Origin: Desulfobacterales bacterium | GTDB lineage: Bacteria; Desulfobacterota; Desulfobacteria; Desulfobacterales; UBA2174 | Direction of reading: 5' to 3' | NCBI GenBank assembly: GCA_963668645.2 | Contig: CAXXWC010000021.1 | Span: forward strand, 1,558,114 to 1,622,113 | Length of the DNA: 64,000 bases | In this document: positions 50,717 through 60,195 of the stretch, piece after piece | How positions within the stretch are numbered: position 1 is the first letter of the stretch | How the letters are laid out: every line of letters starts with the position of its first letter | Made by a program: the position numbers and the translations under genes | The notes under the pieces: generated by a model | What the model was told of the DNA's origin: nothing | The model's input: the letters and a program-made list of their open reading frames with translations, nothing else | Databases searched by the model: none

Positions 50717-50723
50717 TGGCCGC

Positions 50724-52043
50724 GTGCGGCCCGGGGCATGTCGCACACTGAAAAAACGGCTGCCTTGTATCTGGCTCGCCCTGCTTTTGGCCTGGGGCCG
50801 TCCGGCCGCCGCGGTGGCCACCGGCGTGGCCATGGCATGGAGCGCGCACCTCAGAACCTACGCCAGCCTCACCTGGCCGGACCAGGCGGCGGGCTACCGC
50901 CTTGCCGGCGCCGAAACGGCCATCGACGGCGACGCCAACCTGCGCCTCAAGCAGACCAGCCGTCTGGGAGACGCCCTGGAGTTCGAAGTGCACTACGAGG
51001 CATGGCTCTCCGGCGGCGACACCCGCCGCCGGCAGCAGCGCCTGCTGGACCTCTACCCGGCGGCGGCCGCCTGGATGCCGCAAACCGGCGCTGAAGAGAT
51101 GGACGACCGCCGCCTTTTCGACTTCACCCAGGTCGTCTCGGATCGCGCCGGCCACGTCCTCTACCACCGGCTCGATCGGCTTTCGGTCGGCCTGCGCACG
51201 GCCCGGGGAAGCCTGGTTGTCGGCCGCCAGGCCCTAACCTGGGGCAATGGCATGATCTTCAATCCCATGGACCTGTTCAACCCCTTTTCCCCCACCGATG
51301 TGGTCCGCGACTACAAGACCGGCGAGGACATGGTGACCGGGCGCGTTTACCTGCCCGGCGGGGGCGACCTCCAGGTCCTCTGGGTGCCCCGGCGCCGCGC
51401 GGCCGGCGGCGATGTGGACTGGGACGCCTCGTCTGCGGCCGCCAAGCTGCACCGCTTTACCGGCGACATCGAGTTCGACCTGATGGCCGCCCGCCACTAC
51501 CGCGACACCGTCCTGGGCGCCGGCCTGCTCTGCGAGATTGGTGACGCCGCCTGGCGCGCCGATGCGGTCTGGACGGTCCCCGGAAGCGATCTCCACCACC
51601 GCACCTATCTTTCCTTGGTGGTCAACCTTGACTACTCGTGGACCTGGCATGGGCGCAACTGGTACGGCTTGGTGGAGTATTTTCACAACGATCTGGGCAG
51701 CACCGATTACGGCCGGGCCCTTTACGAACCCTGGATCCGCGACCGGCTGGCACGCGGCGAACTTTTCGGCCTGGGACGCGACTATCTCGCCGCCCAGCTT
51801 CGCTGGGAGGTCCACCCCCTGGTCAACCTCTATCTGGCGCCCATCACAAACCTGGCCGACCCTTCCGGCCTGGTCCAACCTTACCTGGTCTGGGACGTGA
51901 CCGGCAGCCTGCGCGCCACCGCCGGCGCCCTGGTCTACTGGGGGGCTGCCGGCACCGAATACGGCGGCTATCGGATCGCCGGTACCGCTTTCCAGGCGGC
52001 CCCGGCCGACTCGGCCTACCTCATGATGACCTGGTTCTTTTGA
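50724..52043 (+). CDS. Putative outer membrane beta-barrel protein (start uncertain)
   Basis: Signal-like hydrophobic segment, HRLDRL, VGRQALTWG, FNPMDLFNP, alternating strands, C-terminal TWFF. Confidence 0.7.
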   Translation: MRPGACRTLKKRLPCIWLALLLAWGRPAAAVATGVAMAWSAHLRTYASLTWPDQAAGYRLAGAETAIDGDANLRLKQTSRLGDALEFEVHYEAWLSGGDTRRRQQRLLDLYPAAAAWMPQTGAEEMDDRRLFDFTQVVSDRAGHVLYHRLDRLSVGLRTARGSLVVGRQALTWGNGMIFNPMDLFNPFSPTDVVRDYKTGEDMVTGRVYLPGGGDLQVLWVPRRRAAGGDVDWDASSAAAKLHRFTGDIEFDLMAARHYRDTVLGAGLLCEIGDAAWRADAVWTVPGSDLHHRTYLSLVVNLDYSWTWHGRNWYGLVEYFHNDLGSTDYGRALYEPWIRDRLARGELFGLGRDYLAAQLRWEVHPLVNLYLAPITNLADPSGLVQPYLVWDVTGSLRATAGALVYWGAAGTEYGGYRIAGTAFQAAPADSAYLMMTWFF

Positions 52044-52085
52044 CCGGCGCCAGCCCTTTGCCGGCAACTGGAATGCCAGGTTTTT

Positions 52086-52676
52086 CTAAAATAATGGTTG
52101 CGGGCGCGAAAAACTGAACTTGGCAGGCCGAATCCGCCGGGCCGTATCGAACAATTGATCGAAGGCGCCGCTCTTGCCGGCATCTATGACCGGCGCGCCG
52201 CAGATGGCGAAAAGGTCGCCAATCTGCTGTATGCAATTGAGCCTTACAACCAGGATGATCAGCGGCTTGTCCAGGGTCAGCAGGGCGTTGATGCAAGGGG
52301 CCCACCCCTGGCCCCGGGCCTCCAGCCGCCCCACCTCGTCCACAACGACCATATCGGCCGCCCGGCACGCGTCCGCGGCGAGCGCTTCCAGACCAGCCTG
52401 CATTCCGTCTGGCAGAAAATCGAAAATCAGCCGGTGTTGCGGGTGGAGTTGATCGCGCCGCCGCGCCAGCGGCGTGCAATGCCCGCTGGACAGATTGATC
52501 AAGTCGAATCCCGTTCTCAGGTTGTCCCTCCACAAGCCCCTGGCCAGGATACCGGCCATGCACAGCCCCTGCCCCGCCGCGAATGCGACAAACTGCTCCA
52601 CCAGGGTGGTTTTGCCGCAATGCTTCGGTCCGCTGACCATAATGACGTTGTTGCCGCAAATACGATCGTTTGCCAT
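52086..52676 (-). CDS. P-loop NTPase (DUF2478/THEP1-like)
   Basis: GPKHCGKTT, GILARG, GFDLINL, VVVDEVGRLE..G.GW. Confidence 0.75.
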   Translation of the reverse strand: MANDRICGNNVIMVSGPKHCGKTTLVEQFVAFAAGQGLCMAGILARGLWRDNLRTGFDLINLSSGHCTPLARRRDQLHPQHRLIFDFLPDGMQAGLEALAADACRAADMVVVDEVGRLEARGQGWAPCINALLTLDKPLIILVVRLNCIQQIGDLFAICGAPVIDAGKSGAFDQLFDTARRIRPAKFSFSRPQPLF

Positions 52677-52847
52677 GACTCCCTCTTATCCACGTATCGT
52701 GATCGGGTGGTACGAAAACGGGCCCCGGGGGGACGCGCAATCCATCTGCCGATAGATTAACCCACAATCAACTGTCAGTTTAAGTTTTTTTGGGTCATTT
52801 ATTCTAAGTTATTTACTAAATACCAAAAATTGTTAAAACAAACATAT

Positions 52848-52881
52848 TAATGTTGACTTAAAACGATATAAACATTAGAAA
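52848..52881 (+). promoter_or_regulatory. Putative sigma70 promoter overlapped by spaced inverted repeat
   Basis: TTGACT (52853)-N17-TAGAAA; TAATGTT-N16-AACATTA (52848-52877) in an AT-rich divergent region. Confidence 0.45.
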
Positions 52882-52989
52882 ATGATATTCTGCGGTAAAG
52901 TGACTACCGAGATGGTTGACCGACTGCCTGTTTTTGGCATAAGCAACCGCATGAACTCATAAAAATAGTCTCTACCCCTTGTATCAGGG

Positions 52990-54777
52990 ATGAACATCAA
53001 ACCGCTTTATCACAGCTTGGTGGCCGCCATCTTTTTCATGGTCAGCCTTCAGGTGTCTATTCTTTTCCCCACCTTTGCAGAAGCCAAACGCCTCGAAAGC
53101 GACACAGACGGAGATGGAAAGATCGACCAGATTGCCCACCTTGACAAGCAGGGAAGGCCGGTCCGCCTCGAAATCGACACTGACCAAGACGGTTTTTGCG
53201 AGAAGATCCAATTCTACAAAGATGGCAAGCTGGAAAAAATCGAAACCGATCAGGACCAGGACGGCGCCATCAACACCCGGGATGTTTTTCAGCACGACAA
53301 AAGAATCCGGCATGAAAAGCTGACCGCCAGCGGCCAACCGGAAAAGGTCATCCTCTTCGACGACCAGGAAAGGCCGCTGCGTATTGAAAAGGATACCACC
53401 GCCGACGGCCGCTTCGATACCTGTTATGAATTCGTTGACGGCCGGCCGGTCCGCTTGACCCGTGATACGGATGGCGACGGCCGCATCAACATCTGGCAGA
53501 CCTACCGTGACGGCCTGCCCGTGGAGCAACGGGCCGACAGTGATGGAGACGGCCGCATCGAACGGATCGTTTCGTTTGACAACAGCGGCCAGCCATCTTC
53601 CAGCCGCCATGATACGGATGCCGACGGTACCTTCGAGACCTCGCGCCGCTATGTCAACGGTGAGATCTCCCGCCAGGAAAAGGATGAAAACGCCGACGGC
53701 ACCCCGGATATCGTGGTGGACTTTGAAAAGGGGCTGCCGGTCCTCCAGCAAAAAGACACCAACCAAGACGGACGCTTCGATGTCCGGACCGCCTATAAAA
53801 ATGGAAAGCCGCAAAAAGAAGAAGCGGACACCGATTTCGACGGGGCATACGATCGCTTCGTGACCTTCGATGCCCAGGGCCGGCCGCTGAAAATCGAGGA
53901 GGATACGCGCCACACTGGCCGCATCGACCAGATCCGCCGATTCCGCGGCGGGATCGTGCAGGTGGTGGCGCTGGACGGCGACGGGGACGGATTTCTGGAA
54001 ACCCGCATGTTTTTCAAAGACGGGCGCATCGCCACCCAAACCCAGGACCAGAACCGGGACGGGCGCGCCGACGCGACGATTTTTTTCAACGCCGATGGCG
54101 AAAAGGTGCGCGCGGAGAGCGACACCGATCTTTCCGGCCGGGTGGATGCCTGGGAGTACTACCAGGGACAAAACCTGGTGCGCGCCGAACGGGACAGCAA
54201 TCATGACGGCCGGGTGGATCTGAAGGTCTTTTATCGCGATGCGGCCCAGCAGCGCCTGATCCGTGATCGTGACCATGACGGCAAGTTCGAAACCAGCCAG
54301 TGGTACGACCGCCCCCCCTGCTCCATGTTGATGGAGGTGGATGCGGACCTCGACGGGTCCCCGGAGGGCCGTTACTGCTACCAGGAAGGCGTGCTGCGCG
54401 AAAAAACGGTGGATGAAGACAGGGACGGCCGGTTCGATCTGAAGGAAATCTTCGACGGTCAGGGCCGGATCATCCGCAGTGAGGAGGAACCGGACGCGCT
54501 AGGTCGTTTTACCCTCGTGTGGTTCTACGATCAAAGCGAGTCCGCGGTGCGCGCCGAACGGGACCGCGACGGCGACGGGCGGGTCGAGCTCTGGTACGGG
54601 TACGATCACAACCGGTTGAAAAGCGTCGCAGAGGACACCAACGGCGACGGGCGGCCCGACCTCTGGGAAGCCTACGACGAAGCCGAAGCGCTGATCCAAA
54701 GATCCCAAGATTTCAATTACGACGGCCAACCGGACGACACCCAGAGCACCGGCGTCGCCGAGTCCGAAAGGAGATAG
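52990..54777 (+). CDS. Exported repeat protein, ~23 tandem 24-25 aa units with Dx[DN]xDG loops
   Basis: Signal peptide ending AEA; units such as RLESDTDGDGKIDQIAHLDKQGRPV and RAERDSNHDGRVDLKVFYRDAAQQ. Confidence 0.8.
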   Translation: MNIKPLYHSLVAAIFFMVSLQVSILFPTFAEAKRLESDTDGDGKIDQIAHLDKQGRPVRLEIDTDQDGFCEKIQFYKDGKLEKIETDQDQDGAINTRDVFQHDKRIRHEKLTASGQPEKVILFDDQERPLRIEKDTTADGRFDTCYEFVDGRPVRLTRDTDGDGRINIWQTYRDGLPVEQRADSDGDGRIERIVSFDNSGQPSSSRHDTDADGTFETSRRYVNGEISRQEKDENADGTPDIVVDFEKGLPVLQQKDTNQDGRFDVRTAYKNGKPQKEEADTDFDGAYDRFVTFDAQGRPLKIEEDTRHTGRIDQIRRFRGGIVQVVALDGDGDGFLETRMFFKDGRIATQTQDQNRDGRADATIFFNADGEKVRAESDTDLSGRVDAWEYYQGQNLVRAERDSNHDGRVDLKVFYRDAAQQRLIRDRDHDGKFETSQWYDRPPCSMLMEVDADLDGSPEGRYCYQEGVLREKTVDEDRDGRFDLKEIFDGQGRIIRSEEEPDALGRFTLVWFYDQSESAVRAERDRDGDGRVELWYGYDHNRLKSVAEDTNGDGRPDLWEAYDEAEALIQRSQDFNYDGQPDDTQSTGVAESERR

Positions 54778-54780
54778 ACG

Positions 54781-55443
54781 GTGTTTGAGTTTCTGGCCAA
54801 GGGGGGCGTGCTGGTCGGCCCCATCCTGTTTTGCTCCGTGGTGGCCCTGGCGCTTTTTCTCGAGCGGCTGATCCGCTTGAGCCGGGTCAAGATGCGCGGT
54901 AACGATCTGATCGCCGGGGTTTCGAGGCATGTCAAAAATGGAGAGGATCACCAGGCCTGCGAACTGGCCAGCCGGGATGCATCCCCCATGGGACGCATCT
55001 TCACCCAGGCCATGGAAGTCAAGAACCATGACCGCGAAACCCTGGAAGCGGTTCTCGCCCATGCCACCGAGACCGAAACCCGGGAACTGTCCCGCTACCT
55101 GCAGGCGCTTGCAACCATCGGCAACATCACACCGCTGCTGGGGCTTCTGGGAACGGTACTGGGGATGATCAAGGCCTTCATGGTAATCCAGCAGATGGGA
55201 GGCAAGGTCAATGCGGCGGTTCTGGCCGGCGGCATATGGGAGGCCATGCTGACGACGGCTTTGGGACTGGCGGTGGCCCTGCCCACGATGGTGGCGCACA
55301 GCTACCTGACCGCCCGGGTGGATCGCTATGAAGCCGAGCTCCAGGATGGTGCCATGGCGTTCTTAAAATCCGTCGCCGCAAGCCCGCATGAATCGGCCCA
55401 GGCCGATCCAGCCTTGGACCGCTCCCGCGCGCAGAGGAATTGA
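54781..55443 (+). CDS. exbB: MotA/TolQ/ExbB proton channel
   Basis: LATIGNITPLLGLLGTVLGMI, GGIWEAMLTTALGL. Confidence 0.9.
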   Translation: MFEFLAKGGVLVGPILFCSVVALALFLERLIRLSRVKMRGNDLIAGVSRHVKNGEDHQACELASRDASPMGRIFTQAMEVKNHDRETLEAVLAHATETETRELSRYLQALATIGNITPLLGLLGTVLGMIKAFMVIQQMGGKVNAAVLAGGIWEAMLTTALGLAVALPTMVAHSYLTARVDRYEAELQDGAMAFLKSVAASPHESAQADPALDRSRAQRN

Positions 55444-55446
55444 CCC

Positions 55447-55854
55447 ATGTGGATCCGCGCCAGGCGCAAAGCGCGCTACCAGATCCAGATGCCCATGACC
55501 GCGCTCATCGACATCGTATTCATGCTGCTGATCTACTTTCTGCTCACCACCAACTTCATGGTCGACGAGGGAATCAAGATCAAGCTGCCCCAGGCCAATG
55601 CGGCGGCGCCCCAGACAGAGGAGGTGATCACGGTATTCGTCGATGCCCAGGGGCAGGCTTTTCTCGAAGACGAAAAGGTCTCCTTGGCCCGGCTTTTCGA
55701 TCGTCTCAAGGAAAAGATCGGACCCCGGCCGGATCAACTGGTGGTGGTGCGGGCCGACCGAAGCGTAATCCTCAACAAGGCCGTCAAAGTCATGGACATC
55801 GCCAAGGCCGCTGGCGCAGGCCGGCTATGCCTGGCCACGGAAAAGGATCTCTAG
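55447..55854 (+). CDS. exbD: Biopolymer transporter ExbD
   Basis: MTALIDIVFMLLIYF, IKLPQA, VRADR, VKVMDIAKAAG. Confidence 0.9.
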   Translation: MWIRARRKARYQIQMPMTALIDIVFMLLIYFLLTTNFMVDEGIKIKLPQANAAAPQTEEVITVFVDAQGQAFLEDEKVSLARLFDRLKEKIGPRPDQLVVVRADRSVILNKAVKVMDIAKAAGAGRLCLATEKDL

Positions 55855-55859
55855 CCGGC

Positions 55860-56552
55860 ATGGCACCAAGGTCCGGGCCGAACCGGCTACTGCGAACCCT
55901 GATCATCTTTTCCCTGGGGGTCCACGCCCTGGTCCTGATGCATCTTTCCGGGGTCTATCGCTCCAGCGCCCTGACCTGCATCGAGATGACCCTGCAAAAC
56001 ATCCACCGGCCCGCCCCCCGGGATATTCCCCGCCCCCGGCCGCGGCCCAGACCTCCTGCCCCCCAGGATCGCGTTGCCAATCTCAGCCTGGCCAAGCGCC
56101 CCTTGCCGCATTTCAAACCGCTGGCAAAAACGCCCATGCCGGACATGGCGCCGGACACCCCGGCGGCCGGAATCGGCTTGCCTGCGCTTCCCCGGCCGCC
56201 CGGCATCGATACGGCAAGTTGGGTGGCAGCGCTCCAGGCCGAAGAAACCCCCGGCGAATACATGACCGTGGCCAGCTACCTTGAGATGGTCCGATTGAGA
56301 ATCGAAAGCCGCAAGCGCTATCCGCAAGCGGCCAAGGACAGGAGCATCGAAGGCCGGGTAAAGATCCGCTTCATCCTGGGCGCCGACGGCGCTGTGAGGG
56401 ATCTTGCCGTCACCCGCGGCGCGCCGAGCAGCGCCCTGAACACGGCCGCCATGGATGCGGTCCGCCGGGCCGCACCCTTCCCCCGGCCGCCGCCGAACCT
56501 GTTCAAGGGCGATCTGTCGCTCGAGCTGGTAATCGTCTTCGAGCTGACATGA
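55860..56552 (+). CDS. tonB: Energy transducer TonB
   Basis: N-terminal TM with SLGVH, Pro-rich linker, YPQAA...IEGRV TonB_C domain. Confidence 0.88.
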   Translation: MAPRSGPNRLLRTLIIFSLGVHALVLMHLSGVYRSSALTCIEMTLQNIHRPAPRDIPRPRPRPRPPAPQDRVANLSLAKRPLPHFKPLAKTPMPDMAPDTPAAGIGLPALPRPPGIDTASWVAALQAEETPGEYMTVASYLEMVRLRIESRKRYPQAAKDRSIEGRVKIRFILGADGAVRDLAVTRGAPSSALNTAAMDAVRRAAPFPRPPPNLFKGDLSLELVIVFELT

Positions 56553-56623
56553 GCCCGTGGTGAAATCAAGGCCACCGGACGTTGATGGAAAAACGAGGAC
56601 CAAAACCATAAAGGGAGAGGAAG

Positions 56624-58717
56624 ATGATGCGTAAAATCAAAGGGCAAATCAGATTATGGATGGTAATGAGCGCGCTGCTGGCCGCATTTCCCCTGTTGGT
56701 GTCGCAGGCCGGGGCCGCGGCGGGCAGCGACGGGTATCAAGAGTACTCACTGGGGGAAATCGTGGTCAGCGGCAAGGGTTCGGCGGTGCGCGATATCGCC
56801 ATCGCCGATGAGATCAAACCCGAAGACTTCGAGGCGGTCAACGCCGAAAGCGTGGCCGACGCCCTGACCTATGTGCCGGGGGTCCAGGTCACCTATGGGC
56901 GCAAATTTTTTCCCAGCATGACGATCCACGGTTTCGATCAAAACCGCATCCTGACCCTCATCGACGGGGTCCCCTACTACGAAACCAAATACGGGGGGAT
57001 GGACCTGAACCAGATCGGCCTCGAAGGGGTGGCCAGAATCGACGTGGTCAAGGGCGCCCCCTCGGTTCTTTACGGCCCCAACGCCCTGGGCGGGGTGGTG
57101 AACATCATCACCAAGAAGCCCACTGAAAAGCCGTATTTATCGGCCACGGCGGAATACGGGGTCGACGGCCTGGACGATGCGTACAAGGCGTCTTTATCCC
57201 ATGGCATGAAGGTGGGCAATTTCAACTACTGGTTGAGCTACTCGCACCGGGAATGGAATTCGTGGGACCTTTCGGATGATTTTACCCCGCGCATCGGAAA
57301 GGTCACCTCGGGCAAGAAGGTCCTGGATAAGCGTTTGATCGAAGATGGCGGGGAAAGGGTGAACTCGGATTACCAGACGGACAACTTCTGGGGCAAGGTC
57401 GGCCTGGAGCCGTCTGAGGACACAGAATTTTATGCCAATTTCCACTACATCACCACCGAGAAAGGCGATGCGCCGAACCTGGACCGGGTCAACGTATTTT
57501 CCGACTTCACCCAATTCGACCGGATCACCGGCTACGATGACTGGGGGATCGATCTGAGCGCCAAGCACGCCTTCTCGGACCGGTTCAGCCTGCAGGCCAA
57601 GGTCTACTACCATGATCACAGTGACGACTATACCTCCTACACCGACCAGACCTATACCGAGGCCATCGCCTTGAGCACCTACAAGGATCAGATCTTCGGC
57701 GGCATGCTGCTGGGCGACATTCGACCGGTGGACTGGGACACGGTCCGGTTCTCGATGCATTACAAGAAAGATACCCATGAGCAGCGCGATCTGGAGTCCC
57801 TGCCTTTTGCCAAAAGCAACGCCTACACCGGCTCCATGGGCCTCGAAAACGAAATGACCCTACTCGACGAGAAGCTGTCCATCGTGGCCGGCATCAGCTA
57901 TGACTGGTTCCACATCCGCAAGGCCGAAGACGATCCGGACAACGACGGCAACATCACGGCCGCAGAGACACCCGACGAGATGAATGCGACCAATCCCATG
58001 ATCGGCGTCACCTACCAGGCGCTCGACGATATCCAGCTCTTTGCCTCGGTGGCCAAAAAGACCCGCTTTCCCACCCTGGACCAGATCTACAAGGGGGACG
58101 CCCCCAACCTGGACCTGGATGCCGAGTCTTCGATCAACTACACCGCCGGGGTTTCCTGGAAGTACAAGGATCTGGCGACCCTGGAAGTGGCGCCCTTCTT
58201 CCACGACATCTCGGATTTCATCACCCGCGATGTTCCGCCGGAGGAAAACCCCTATTCCCAGTACATCAACTATGATGAAATCGAGATGAGAGGGGTGGAG
58301 GTCAACACGGTGATCACACCCATGGAAGACCTGAGCTTCAAGCTGGGCTGCATGTACAACGATGCCACCAACAAGAGCCCGGGCCGGGTGACCGACGATG
58401 TCCTCGGGGTTCCGGAGTACACCTTCAATATCGGCGTCCAGTACACCGTGCCCGCCATCGGCACCAGGCTCAACTGGACCATGCTCTACCTGGGCAAATC
58501 CTACCGCCAGCTGCCCACCCCCGAGGAGCCCGACCTCGATGTGGTTGAAAATGAAAGCTACCAGCTATGCAACGTCAAGCTCACTCAGCCCTTCATGTCC
58601 GATCGGCTGGAAGCTTTCCTGGCCGTCGACAACCTGTTTGACGAAAACTACGAACCGGTCAGCGGCTACCCGGCGCGCGGCATGAGCATGTGGCTTGGAT
58701 TGACCTTTAAAATGTAA
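56624..58717 (+). CDS. TonB-dependent receptor
   Basis: Signal peptide, TonB box EIVVSG, plug LIDGVP and RIDVVKGAPSVLYGPNALGGVVNIITK, VDNLFDENY, GYP..G..W.GLTFKM. Confidence 0.95.
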   Translation: MMRKIKGQIRLWMVMSALLAAFPLLVSQAGAAAGSDGYQEYSLGEIVVSGKGSAVRDIAIADEIKPEDFEAVNAESVADALTYVPGVQVTYGRKFFPSMTIHGFDQNRILTLIDGVPYYETKYGGMDLNQIGLEGVARIDVVKGAPSVLYGPNALGGVVNIITKKPTEKPYLSATAEYGVDGLDDAYKASLSHGMKVGNFNYWLSYSHREWNSWDLSDDFTPRIGKVTSGKKVLDKRLIEDGGERVNSDYQTDNFWGKVGLEPSEDTEFYANFHYITTEKGDAPNLDRVNVFSDFTQFDRITGYDDWGIDLSAKHAFSDRFSLQAKVYYHDHSDDYTSYTDQTYTEAIALSTYKDQIFGGMLLGDIRPVDWDTVRFSMHYKKDTHEQRDLESLPFAKSNAYTGSMGLENEMTLLDEKLSIVAGISYDWFHIRKAEDDPDNDGNITAAETPDEMNATNPMIGVTYQALDDIQLFASVAKKTRFPTLDQIYKGDAPNLDLDAESSINYTAGVSWKYKDLATLEVAPFFHDISDFITRDVPPEENPYSQYINYDEIEMRGVEVNTVITPMEDLSFKLGCMYNDATNKSPGRVTDDVLGVPEYTFNIGVQYTVPAIGTRLNWTMLYLGKSYRQLPTPEEPDLDVVENESYQLCNVKLTQPFMSDRLEAFLAVDNLFDENYEPVSGYPARGMSMWLGLTFKM

Positions 58718-58762
58718 GGCTGCACCGTCTGCAGCGGAGCTGCGGATCGAGGCGCCCGATCG

Positions 58763-58791
58763 CCCCTGCCTCCCGCAAAAAGAGGCAGGGG
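58763..58791 (+). terminator. Hairpin after TonB receptor (terminator or mRNA stabiliser)
   Basis: CCCCTGCCTC-N9-GAGGCAGGGG. Confidence 0.5.
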
Positions 58792-58884
58792 ATCTTCTCA
58801 TCCGGCCGGCCGCAGGTTGCCGCCGGGGTTTTCACCGGGGCATGACAAGCCCGCGCAAACAATCTTGAGACAGGAACGATCAGC

Positions 58885-60177
58885 ATGAACGGCAGGCTTT
58901 TAAAAACGATGGGTCTCTGTATCGCCCTGCTGCTGGCCGGCGGGTGCAGCGGAACAGACAGGCGCACCATTCCGGCCGGCCCTGGCACCGCTTCGTGCGA
59001 ACGGGCAGATGCCCAATCGGCGCTTTGCGGGCAGAAGGGCGCAGCGTCTAGAATCATCTTGAATCTGACCACTATGCCGGCCACAAGCATGGCGGTCACC
59101 TGGCGCACGGACGGGCCGGTGGTCCGCGCCCGGGCCCAGATCGTGCCGGCCACCGGATCTGCGCGTTTTGACGAAAAGGCGCGCACCGTGGAGGCCCGAA
59201 GCCGACCGTTGGCCCTCAAAGACGGCCGCACCGTCCAGCACCATGAGGTGGTATTCGACGATCTTGCCCCTTCGACCCTCTACGCCTACCGGCTCGGCTC
59301 GGAAGGGGGCTGGAGCGAATGGAGCCAGTTTGAAACCGCCGCTGCCGCGCCGGCCGCGTTTCGCTTCGTCTATTTCGGAGATCCCCAGGAGGCAATCCAA
59401 TCCAAGTGCCCGCGCCTCTTTCGCAGTGCCTATCGCAAGGTGCCCGACGCCGATTTCTGGCTCTTTGTCGGAGATCTGGTCAACGACGGCGAGCGAGATG
59501 AGCAATGGTCCGGTTTTTTTGACGCCCTGGGCTGGATCCCGCGCACCACGCCCATGATCCTCCTGCCCGGCAACCATGAGTACCCGGACAAACGGTTCGT
59601 CCATGGCGCCGGCTACCGGCTCTCGCCCCTTTGGCGACCGCATTTCACCCTGCCGCAAAACGGTCCCGCCGGCCTCGAGGAGACCGTCTATTTCATCGAC
59701 TATCAGGGCGCCCGCATCGTGATGCTCAACGGGAACGAGCAGTTGACCGAACAGGCCCGGTGGCTGGACCGGATCCTGGCGGCCAACCCCCAACGCTGGA
59801 CCATCGTGGCCATCCACCAGCCGATGTATTCAGCCGGTAAAAGAGGCGCCGATACCACCCTGGAACAGCTCCTGGTCCCGATCTTCGACCGCCATGGGGT
59901 GGATCTCGTACTCCAGGGGCACCACCACCGATACGCACGCAGCGCGAAGCTCAGAAACGGGGCCAGGGCCATCGCCGGTGAAAGCGGCACCGTCTACGTC
60001 GTTTCCGTCAGCGGTCCGAAATCGTATCCGGCCAACCCGCGCTACTCGGATTTAATGGAAAAATCAGGAGCCGGCGTGCAACTGTTTCAGGTCATCGAGG
60101 TCTGCCCCGAGCGCCTGGCCTACCGGTCCTTTGACGCCGCAGGTGCACTTTTCGACGCCTTTGTGCTGGAAAAATGA
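58885..60177 (+). CDS. Metallophosphoesterase lipoprotein (purple acid phosphatase-like, FN3-type N-domain)
   Basis: Lipobox-like LAGGC; GDPQ, GDLV, GNHE, IHQP, GHHH motifs. Confidence 0.88.
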   Translation: MNGRLLKTMGLCIALLLAGGCSGTDRRTIPAGPGTASCERADAQSALCGQKGAASRIILNLTTMPATSMAVTWRTDGPVVRARAQIVPATGSARFDEKARTVEARSRPLALKDGRTVQHHEVVFDDLAPSTLYAYRLGSEGGWSEWSQFETAAAAPAAFRFVYFGDPQEAIQSKCPRLFRSAYRKVPDADFWLFVGDLVNDGERDEQWSGFFDALGWIPRTTPMILLPGNHEYPDKRFVHGAGYRLSPLWRPHFTLPQNGPAGLEETVYFIDYQGARIVMLNGNEQLTEQARWLDRILAANPQRWTIVAIHQPMYSAGKRGADTTLEQLLVPIFDRHGVDLVLQGHHHRYARSAKLRNGARAIAGESGTVYVVSVSGPKSYPANPRYSDLMEKSGAGVQLFQVIEVCPERLAYRSFDAAGALFDAFVLEK

Positions 60178-60195
60178 TCTTCGGGGAAATGCGCG

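Noticed and set aside
52677..52989. Cobalamin riboswitch before the TonB operon
   Set aside because: No B12-box or GGGAA/GCCACTG core seen; region is AT-rich
52990..54777. Rhs/YD toxin or lanmodulin
   Set aside because: No Rhs core or toxin tip and no immunity gene; no helical EF-hands or DPD motif
55440..56552. 370-aa extended TonB
   Set aside because: The 5' part overlaps exbD in another frame; the TM anchor begins after ATG 55860
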